DNA from: the human T2T-CHM13v2.0 reference genome, Homo sapiens | Strand: one strand, 5' to 3' | DNA length: 64,000 nucleotides | Assembly (NCBI RefSeq): GCF_009914755.1 | Contig: NC_060935.1 | Shown here: positions 53,094-64,000 of the stretch, piece by piece | Layout: each line of letters starts with the position of its first letter | Numbering within the stretch: position 1 is the stretch's first letter | Program-made: the position numbers and the translations under genes | Notes under the pieces: generated by a model | The model's input: the letters and a program-made list of their open reading frames with translations, nothing else | Told to the model about the DNA's origin: nothing | Database searches by the model: none

Positions 53094-53580
53094 GCTTCTT
53101 TGGAAGTTAGGCAACAGATGGATAGTGGAATTTACAGTAATAAGTCAAGGGGGTATGAAGGTACACAGAGTGAATCTTGGGCAGGTTGTTTTCTTATCCG
53201 TAATTGAGGAATGAAAGTAATATTTATGTCATAAGAAATATATGGGGAAAGACATGTGAGTCTAATGCTTGATCCCTGAGTCTGGGATCCGGACTTCGCT
53301 CACGGATGTATCTCAAGTGCTTTATATGGTGTCTGGTGCATATTGTTAATGCATGATATATAATAGTATGAAAATGTTAATATTACTGAAGTTAATGTTA
53401 TTAATCTTAAGAATATTATAGTCACTTATATACTTGTTTTTTTGTCTTCTACTAGTGAAAGAAATCCATTTATCCTTCTACCAGATATTAACTGAACACT
53501 TAGAATGAAAGAGATACTATCCTGTAGTAATACTAACAGTAATACTAACAGATTACTACTCCCTTTCTGTGCCTTCTCTT

Positions 53581-53635
53581 CCTGCCACTCACTCTCTGCT
53601 ATCGTCCTGCCACTCACTCTCTGCTATCGTCCTGC
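53581..53635. repeat. Perfect 25-bp tandem duplication
   Basis: cctgccactcactctctgctatcgt x2 plus cctgc. Confidence 0.95.
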
Positions 53636-56587
53636 AGGTTTTTGGCACGTAATATTCTAACCTTAACCCTCTCCATATCTTATTTGTGCACCCTTTTTAG
53701 ATGATGTTTTTACCCTTGGCTGCCACCTTGGACTTGCTATAGCACTGTAGTCTTCCCTCGATTCCACAAACCCACTTGCCCATTAGGGTCTTGTTTTCTC
53801 AGCTACCTGGCATGCTGATTCCTTGGATCTTCCTATGTTTCCCTCTTTCAACTCAGGATCTCGGCTCTGATACCATTTTCCTCAAAGAGCCCCTCCCTGA
53901 ACTCCCTAAGTAATTCATTTTAAAAATCGACTTCTTTTGATAGGTGTCATAGTGAAATTATTTGCCTCGGAGTTTTTGGGGATTTGATATTGCATTAATG
54001 CATTAGCAAACCGATGGAAAAAGCAATAAAATATTTTCTGTGTTTATAATCACTCACATAAATACATGAAAGTGTACATTCTTCTCTTGAAGCAGTTTTC
54101 ATATACCACGATTACTGTTTGTTTCCACTAAAAGGTATAAAAGCTTCAAATACTGAGATAATATTTGTGAACTGTTAAGAATAAAAACAATCATTGGCAT
54201 ATAATAAAATGCATTAAATTAATAAGTGGATATCAGTTACATGAAGAGGAATCAGTTGCCTCTGCCTTAATCTATGTAACAAATATTAACAAAACACCTA
54301 TTTTGTGACAGGTACTGGAGTAAGCATCTTCCATCTCTTTGTCTTGAGACCTTGTATTCATTCAAGGTTTGCATCAAATGTCAACTTTTCTTTTGCATCC
54401 TCTCTATAACCTCCTTCCTTCTGTGCTTCAATAGCATCATACCTTGTTATATTGTAGCAATTTTTATGCAGAAAATTTTCATATGTCTTCATAAGAATAT
54501 AAATGTCTGAAAGTTTGGGACGAGATCTTTGAATTCTCAAGAATAAAGAACAGTCACTGGGACACAATAAATGTATATCAGATTAACAAAAAAAATGCCA
54601 GGAATCAGAAGAGGAATTCAAATATATGTGTAATATTATCTATTTTTAAAATACTATGAAAATTATAATACTATAGATTTTAATCAATTTTTTTTATTTT
54701 ACCAGGAAAAAATCATGGCTTATAAAATTATTAACAAAATATATATATTGAAATGAATATGTTATGATATAAAATAACTGCCAAATGATATATAAATTAA
54801 TGATATAACTACTTGAGAAATATATTTTAAGTAATCTAAACAATTACTTACAATGAAGGGAAAATATCAGAATTTTTAGATAAAAGTGGCTGAGATAAAT
54901 TATATTTATCTCATACTTACTGAAAATGTTTCTTCTAAAGTATAAACTAAAAAGTGTTATTGCCTAAGCCACATGCAACTCTTTTACAGGCCATTAATTA
55001 ATAGTAATGTGTGATTTGTTAAGTTTATTGCATTTTCCACAACTCATTAAATTTAGGCTTATAAGTAGCTGTAACCTGGTTTGGTTTCACTTGTTTTAAT
55101 TATTTTTTGATGATTTAAGACACTAGCCATATGGATTCAAGTTTTTTAGTTTTTATTTTCCTACACCATACCATAGTAGAACTATTACTGTTGTTATTTA
55201 TATTTTTTAAAAAATTCACTTGTTTTTCTCGAGAATTTGTGACTGATTTTTATGTTATACTGCATAATTCAGTAATTTCACACATTAACAACATCCAGGG
55301 TCATGTGAGGATGAGTTTTCTAGCTTCTGAAATGTTCTGAGGATGTAATTTTTTAATAAGAGGAAATGTGATCTCACAGACTATTTGGGTGTTTTCCAAG
55401 TGACTTGTCACGAATGGTTTTGCTCTCTAGTGCACTTCTGAGTACAGAAAACCAATAACCCAAACTTTTTTCCCCCAGCACTCAGAGAATTTGGGGAATG
55501 ACACAACTCAGTAGTTATTTTGAACATTTTCTAAGGTACAGAATAGTGGTAACTTCTCCTGGGTATTTAGTATTTTTTTTCCATTTAAAATAAAAGCTTT
55601 TCTTTTATTAATTACTTACCTTGTGCTTGGAACATTATTAGATACTTATATATTTTAATTTGCAATACAATCTGCAAGAAAGCCATTTTTATTGTAATTT
55701 GCTGCTGAGAAAACTGAGGCTGAAAGAAGTCCAGGTTCTTTTTCATGGTGTGGCTAAAGTCTTCTCAAAACTCAGGGTATCTGCTATGCATGGTAGATTT
55801 AAGTTTTTGGGACACTTGGTACTAAAATATGCATCTTGTGACTCCAAGCCACTTAATAACATCTTTAGAGCTGAAGTTTAGGAACTAGTGCTAAAATGAG
55901 TCAAGTAAAATTCTACTGTTGTATGAATCTGACTCAGGATTACTTATTTGCTATTGTGACCATTGTGAGGAAGTGTTGCAGGGTGCTGGCACCTGCTGGC
56001 TTAGCCCATGGGCGCTAAGGTCAGACTACATTTCAGCACCTTGGGCACTCCTCCCTTGTGGTCATTTCTCTTCACTGAGAGGCACATTATAGTCAGTACT
56101 TACCAATCCCTCTTCACCCTTCCCACAACATCTTTGTATAGATAGGTGGTCACCTGAGAGACAGACATGCTTGGGTTATTTGGAATTGTATAGATAGTTG
56201 GAGGTTTTTACAATTTTAGGTGTGTGGAAACTATATAAGTTAATGCAGCTGTTCACATAGACTATATTGAAGAAGTCTTCAATCCCAAAGCATTGTCCAG
56301 TTATTTAGAAGTAAACCTGGAATTCCAGTCTTGATCTGAGTGACTTCAAAGCTTGTGTCCTTTCAACTAATGCTCTTGTAAAGAAAGAGCAATAAACATG
56401 TTGCATCTTGCAGTCAAGATCACTGTTGTCCAGATTTAAGACCTATCTTTCCCACCCTTCATATTGTTTTCTTCTTTTCACATAGGAAAGAAGCAGCATA
56501 AGGATTTGTTCTTAAGTAAACATGTATTTATTGAGTACCTACTATGCGCCAGTACCATGCTGGATTCTATCATAAGAACCAGAGTGC

Positions 56588-57090
56588 ATGAGGTTTCTTT
56601 GGCTGTTGTGACAGATTATCACAAACGTAGAGGCTTAAACAAGAGCAAATGTATTATCTTAAAATTTTGTTTGTCATTCCAATACGGGTCTTGCAGAGCA
56701 AAAGCAAGGTGTTGGTGGGACTGCATTCCATTATGGAGGCTCCAGGAGAAAATCAATGTTCTTAGATTTTCCAGTTTCTGGCTGCTGCCCACATTTCTTA
56801 GCTTCTGATCTTTTTCTTCCATCTTAAAAGCTAGAACCATAGCATCTCTCTGACTTTGCTCCCATCATCACATCTGTCCTGACTCTTCTGCCTCCCCCTT
56901 CTACTTTTGAGGGCCCTTATAATTACATTGGCTTCACTTGTATAATCCAGTAGAATCTCTCTATTATAAGGTCAGGTGATTAACAGACTTAGTTACATAT
57001 TCAATGTTAATTCCTTTTTCCATGTAGCCTAACATAGTCAAAGATTTGAGGATTCAGATGTGGACAACGTTGAATTGTTTTGCCTACTAC
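56588..57090 (-). mobile_element. MLT1D/E-type MaLR LTR
   Basis: ggctgttgtgacagattatcacaaac...ggcttaaacaa...ttccagtttctggctgctgccc...taattacattgg. Confidence 0.75.
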
Positions 57091-57171
57091 CTGGAAAAAC
57101 AGGAAATTGCCCAGGTTGTGCCAGATATGGTATACAAGAGACAAAAGGCAAGAAGTGTTCTACATAAAACT

Positions 57172-57477
<306 letters not shown>

Positions 57478-60400
57478 TTGTATTCTACATAAAACAATCA
57501 GAGAACAAAGCATTGTATAAGAAAATATGCAACAACAATAACAATAATTGTAAACAGAGCTTAAGCCAACATTTGTTGAAAATTTGTTGTATGCCAGTTA
57601 CTGTGCTTATTGCTTTGTATACAATAGTTGTTTTAATTTTCAAAACAACTTGTAAAGATAAGCCATCCTCATTTTGTGTTGATAAAGATAAATAGGCTAA
57701 GGCTTGGCCAAGGTTTCCTGGGTAACAAGTAGGAAAATGAGATTTAAACTTAGGTTTCTGATTTCAAAGACTGTGCTCCATTTCGCAAACTATTCATATA
57801 GTAAAACAGGGTTTAGAACAAAATGATTTCAAGTTGGTTCCCAACTTTGAAGAGTGCATCCAGCATGTTGTCAACAGGAATATGCTGAAAGAGGCGAAAA
57901 GGGAGTGAATGGAAGTAGGAAGTGGTAAACAGCATGGTGTGTAGTAAGGAAGATTGACTGTTGGAGAGTGTTGGAGTTTGTGCTGGGAAGTCAGGGAGAT
58001 AAATACTATTAGGAAAAATGAGGGCGTTTTAGCTGGTCTTTAATCTCTTGAGTCTGCACATTCATCAGCAAATAAGAGGGGACACGTATAGGTTTTTAAA
58101 TGATGAAACCATGTTTTAGGTACATTAGTCTGACAGCAGTGGGAAGAATGGGAAAGAAAAGAAGTAGAACAAGTTTTAAAATGCTGACAGGCAATAGCAG
58201 TGATTTCAAACACCAATTAAGTTGGAACGTTCAGACCCAAGCTCCTGTGACTGGTAATCACCCCTACAGTGTCTTCTGATTCAGCCCCACTTATTATATT
58301 TATCAACGTCTCAAAACTTAATCTTTTTAAAAAATAAAACTCGTTTTACCTAATAAAACATTATGTTTCAGATAACTTTAAAAGGATCATTTCCTCCGTA
58401 GATTTTTGTTAGGTTTAGGTCTTTGAATGTTTATAAAGTGTTCTCACATACATTTTCATACCTGGGCCTGTGAATTTGGTGAAGCACATAGACTCACATG
58501 GGATACACAGAGGAAATTAAAACTCCAAGAAATTGTGAATTGTCAAAATCAAGAGTAACAATTTCAATCCAGAACTCATCTCAAAGATATGGCCCTTTGT
58601 GTTATAGATTGTTGGGTAGTAGATAAATATATATAAAATTTAACATTTTGAATATATCTTACATTAAAGAGACCCTAACTTTTGTTTATTTTTATGAAAC
58701 TGGTATAATTTTAAACTGAGATTACTTAAGAATTTTAGCAAACATGCAAATGACCTCTTCAACTATCCACTGCCTAAATGTCCTTTCCATCACCCAAACG
58801 GCAATCATAGTCACTTCTACTTCCGCTGTATATTGTAAATATATAGCAGAAACATACTCATTTCTTCAGATTACACACCAAAAAACACAGTCACCAGCTG
58901 CAACTTTCTGACAGGCCAAAATATGAAGAATTGTTAATATATGATCAATTGATCTGGATCGAGCAGAGTGCAGCTTACTGTATGACATGTTGCTTTTCAT
59001 AGACGTTATCTCTGTTCAATTTGCTTCTGCATTTAAGATATTAAATTCAGATCTATGTGGCAAAGATGATTAGAAAAAGGTAACTCCTCCCTTAGGGATC
59101 TATTTTAAAATGTCAAAATTAAAATTTTCCAGAAAGTTTTGAGCAGTTTTAGCCTCCTGGCTGATGCAATATATTGAGTAGCACTGTTAGCTTAAGGATG
59201 CTGTCTGGAAATGGAAATGCTGATTTACCCTTCCCCCCTGCCATGCCACCTAATTAAAAGGCACCACTCTCAGTGGTAGGCACACTAATACATGATTTTG
59301 CTAGTGGAACTGGGAATAGCATAATAAATGTGTTGTGATTGAGGATATATGCTGTGCCTATATTTGGAAAGAGGAAAATGTTTAATTGCTCTTTAAACAA
59401 ATTTGATTGCACAAATGTAGCATGAAGAAGAAGAAAGACGTGATTTTTTTTTAACTGAAGGCAAAAGGTATACTCATTTTACCTCCAGGTTGATAATTCT
59501 CCTGTGACAGTGTGAAGGTAATTTTGTCCAAGGAAAAAACAATGGTTTCCAAACAGCCACTGTCACTTCACTCTTCCACTCCTTACACGTTCCAACCCCA
59601 CTTTACCATCAATATATTTGACAATAATATAATCTAAATAATAGCAAGGAAGCTTTTCTGTTAGAGTAGGCCATGTATGGATATAAATGTCATTTTTATG
59701 TCATAACTAGACATGATAAAATATAAATAAACTGATATAGTATTTAAACATAATGACAAGGTCACAAATACATCTTTTTTTACTGTGTAAGCCAACCAAA
59801 CTAACAATTTCAATTATAAGTTTAGTCAGAAGTAAACATTCTACCATCAATGGTAGACATAGACCTCTGGGTCAGAAAATTAAATTTACATTTAAAATAG
59901 CAATGTTTTCCCTAGCTTTTCTTTGTAATTACGGACAATTTGAAAGCTGCCTTAGGAATTAAAAAGGCAGTGATCTCACCAAAACCTTCATCATATTTCC
60001 CCTCTCCTTAAAGGATGAAAACAGAAGTGAGTTATATGTTAATCTCATATACCTTTGGAAGAGGTTCAATGATTTTGTTACATTTGAGAGGTTTTGTCTG
60101 ATTTCTCAGACTTTTGAGTTTCATAGCAATAACATACATTGAAAGCGAATATATTTATAGCCATTATTTAGGTTCCATATGGCCGATTGTATTTCTTGGG
60201 AGGCGTGACCTAACTATAGTTAGAGCTAGCATATATTGCCTTAAAAACATGGGAACACTGGGTAAAATGCCTAATTTATTTGTAAGTAGCAATTTACTAA
60301 TAATAGAATCAAACCAATCTTAGTTATTGAATTTAAGAAACTACAAAATTTCACAGTTACATGTTATTACTATTGTTGATCCCCTGAGAGTAGAACTAAG

Positions 60401-62534
60401 GGAAATATAATCACTAAGCCCTAGGTAATAAAATCAGTTCTTGTAGAAAATATGACCACAAAAGAGAATTTTCAGTGTATAGAAAAATATTAAGCTAAAA
60501 TTATAAACTAGTAGACATTTAAATAATCAGAGCTCTACAATTTTTTAATGAGCAATGAAGATTGATTAAAATACAGACCCTGGTTAATATAATCATTATT
60601 CAGATGATCTTAACATTAGTGAGCCTAATCTGGATTGTTTAAATTGCAAATAATTGCTGCCTTAATTGCTATTAACTTGGAAAAAATGATTTTCTTCTTT
60701 CAAGATTAATCATCAGGCTGGTGTTAACAGCTGTAATTTGGATCATGATGATAACAAACACAAAGGCAGTTCTCTTGAAACTCCAACTATCCAGCATGTG
60801 TTTAATGTCAGGTACTGGGAAAACGTGATTTATATACATTTATGGCTTAGAAAACAACAAAAGGACATAAAGTTGAAGGGAGGAAAAATATGATGAATAT
60901 TTTTGTGGATCCATTGTCTTTTTTCTAGCACAGCTTTTGATTTGTCCACAAATTTTAAAAAAGCTGGAAAAAATCCTGCTGAAATGTAAAGTTGATTTTG
61001 TCACCAAGAAGTCTATGTTTAAATGCCTGATGGTACAATGTTTACTTCTGATTAAATCTAGTGATTGAAATTATTAGTTTGGTTGGTTTACACAGTAACA
61101 TAATAGATATAGTTCTGATCTAGCCATGATGCATATTGGCTATATGCATTCTTTATATATTTATATATAAATATAATATTGTAACAAATGCCACATTAAT
61201 ATTGTTAAATTTATTAAAGAAAAACATAGCCCTTAGAGAAAAATAAATGGAAACAATGGTTATGCACAGTAAAACAAAACAACTTTTTTAAAGGACATAT
61301 TTATGAGCACTGTATTCTTTATTGACCATTGCCTGTCATCTGCGGGTCACAATAGTAGCAATACTTTTGAAATATATCAAACAAAACATTTTGTTGTATC
61401 CAAAGTGTCCACCTGTTTTTATAACAAGTGATTCTAGGATTCATCACAAAATTAACACATTAATACACTATGAAATGAAAAAAAATTTGAAATTGGCTTT
61501 TGTTTCTTTGCTTTACTGGAAATATATTTTGTGGTGAATTCATCTGAGTTATTTTTTACTTCCAGAAAGATGATTACCATATGTATTTTATTTATAAATT
61601 TCGGTTCTGATTCCAAAAACACAATATTTAATGAAAATGCATAGAACAAAGCCTTGAGATGAAAAGTCTTTAATATTAAAATATTAAACACCTATGTGGA
61701 AGGAAGTTTCTTGCCTCATTCCCTAAGGACAGCAGTTGGCTAAACAAGTATAAGTGAAAGAATTACAATTGAAGATACCCTGCAGAAGAGAAAAGAAAAG
61801 TCCTGCCACCCGGTACTCTGAAGACAAAAATCTGTATCTGCTAGCAGGAGACTTTGTTTGCAAGACAGCAGAGGTGATTCCTAGAAGCCGGACTTTCTGG
61901 TGGAAATCATGATTTTTGGTTTCATCTAGTCTTCCAATAACAAGCAGGTTGAGTCCTGAAAAAGCATAAGCACAAGATGGCATTATATGAGTAACATGTA
62001 CCAGTTTCTCAAAACATTTCATTTAAAGATATCTTTACTTTTATGTCTGACATACTGTCCTTAATAGCAATCTTAACACTTCTGAATTTTAAATTGTTAC
62101 ATATTTGAGATTATATTTTCATAAATCATCTAAAAAATAAGAATAACTCTATATAGCTAACCAACCGTATACTAATGAACAATGTGGCTGAGACTAATAA
62201 CATATTTTGGTAACAGGCTGTGTCCACTTGATGTTTATTTCATTTTTACCCTTATAAATGTAATACAAGCAAAACAGACCACAACAATTTTTATTTTTTA
62301 ATGAATCACTATTACAAACACTTTTGTAACTGCCACCCAGGGCAGGAGCTAGAATTTCGGCGATAGTTTCAGTAGCTGTGCCACATCCCAATCTCAGACC
62401 TCTCTCACTAACCATACATAACCATGTTCCTGAATTTAAATTGTTACTTCCTTGAGTTAACTTAGTTTGTATTACCCATGAGTTCATTCCTAAAGTTTGA
62501 TTTTGCACATTAAAAAAAAAATACGCCTTTTTAA

Positions 62535-63460
62535 ATGGGAGAAAATATTTGAAAATGATGCCTCAGGATAAATAATTAGTATTCAGAATCTATAAGAACT
62601 CAACAAGAAAAAAACTAACAACCCCATTAGAAACTGGTCAAAAGACATGACTACACATTTCACACACAAAAAAAGGAATAAAGCAGCCAACCGATAATAA
62701 AATTCTCAATATCACTAAGCATCAAAGAAATGCAAATTAAAACCACACTGTGATATCATCTTAACACCAGTCAGAATGGCTTTTATTAAGAGGTCAACAA
62801 ACAACAGATATTGGCATGGATGCAGAAAAAACGGAACACTCATACACTGTTGGTAGGAATGTAAATTCAATCTTTATGGAAAACAGTATGGAGATACCTC
62901 AAAGAACTAAAAATAGAACTACCATTCAATCTAGCAGTCCCACTACTGGCTATCTACTTAAAAGAAACGAAATTATTATATTAAAAATATATCTGCACTC
63001 ATGTTTATCATAGCACTGTTTACAATAGCAAAATCTTGTAGCTAACCTATATGTCTATCAAAGGTTGAATGGACAAAGCAAAGGTGATACATACATATCA
63101 GCATGGAACACAATGCAGCCATAAAAAAAGAATGATATCATATCCTTTGCAGCAACATGAATGGAGTTGGAGGCCATTATCCTAAGTGAACTAACTCTGA
63201 AGTAGCAAATCAAATATTGCACATTCTCACTTATAAGTGGGAGCTAAACAATGGGTAAACATGGACGTGAAGATAGAAAGAATAGGCTCTGGGAACTCTG
63301 AAAGAGGGAGGAAGGAATGGGGATTTGAAAAATTACCTACCAGGTATAATGTTCACTGGGTAATGGATACACTAGAAGCCCAATACCTACCATTTCACAA
63401 TACATCCATGTGACAAACAAGCACATGTAGCCCCCGAAGCTAAAATTAAAATAAAAAAGA
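62535..63460 (+). mobile_element. L1PB-like 3' end
   Basis: gaaatgcaaattaaaaccaca, ttctcacttataagtgggagctaaac, 3'UTR and A-rich tail. Confidence 0.88.
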
Positions 63461-63469
63461 TATGTCTGT

Positions 63470-64000
63470 TTAATTCCTATTAATCTGCAGGGTCTTCCTC
63501 CGTTCCTTTCCTTTTCTTAAACTCATCTGTTGAAAACTTAAGTTATTTGACTGAAGAAATCCCCACAGTCTGGACTAGGATTTTTCTGATTAGACACACA
63601 TGGTTTAGAGCTCAACATGTTGCCAGAATTGGTGTATTTCCCACACATTGGCAGCTGGATCCAGAGGCTTGAGCAGACTCAGGTTGGAGCCCTTTGATGA
63701 TGGTGATGAATTCTTTCCTCAGGAGGGAATATCTAGTTGTGTTTCTTTTTGTGTTGTTAGTAGCTATTGACGGATAATACCTACATCCATTAACACATTA
63801 GGTTTGCAAGTTGGTGATATTCTAATCTATCATTTATCTTTTTATTTGTTAGTTGGAATACTTTTAAAAGGAAATACATCTTCGTAATCTGCTATTAAAC
63901 TACCTAATGGTAGATGCCATAAAGAAAAGATATATGCTTGATTCATCCCCTTTGTCAGTTCCAAGTCAACAAATTGAATTATTTGAAGATGAACAATTTA
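63470..64000 (-). mobile_element. L1MC-type 3' fragment
   Basis: ggatccagaggcttgagcagactcaggtt and ggtgatattctaatctatcatt motifs. Confidence 0.55.

Noticed and set aside
54870-55530. Possible ncRNA or processed-pseudogene remnant
   Set aside because: No recognisable snoRNA/snRNA boxes with terminal stems, poly-A tail or TSD.
61700-62020. GC-richer non-repetitive patch as an unannotated exon or enhancer
   Set aside because: No convincing splice-site pair or homologous reading frame; it cannot be supported without conservation or chromatin data.

Overview
Human (AluYa5-containing) genomic DNA from the 5' part of CNTN5 (contactin-5/NB-2), transcribed on the + strand. Three coding exons are present: the 222-nt Ser-rich cassette exon at 8802-9023 (E19-D92, conventionally exon 4) and the two exons encoding the first Ig domain (34088-34211, 34323-34498). 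The rest is intron filled with Alu, L1, L2, LTRs (THE1/MST, MLT1, MER41A, MER67) and DNA transposons (near full-length HSMAR1, Tigger3, MER20). The standout is a complex rearrangement at about 5.7-9.8 kb. Its order is: (CCCCT)n array A, a truncated second copy of exon 4 with an intact acceptor, three missense differences and an immediate in-frame TGA, a 378-bp inverted copy of downstream intron, array B, then the intact exon 4. Both junctions carry templated micro-insertions typical of replication template switching. The result is a possible decoy or terminal exon upstream of exon 4 and a near-perfect 378-bp inverted repeat enclosing the real cassette exon. Exon numbering, residue numbering and repeat subfamily names come from my recall of the protein and consensus sequences; no database search was run. 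Boundaries of old repeats are approximate.
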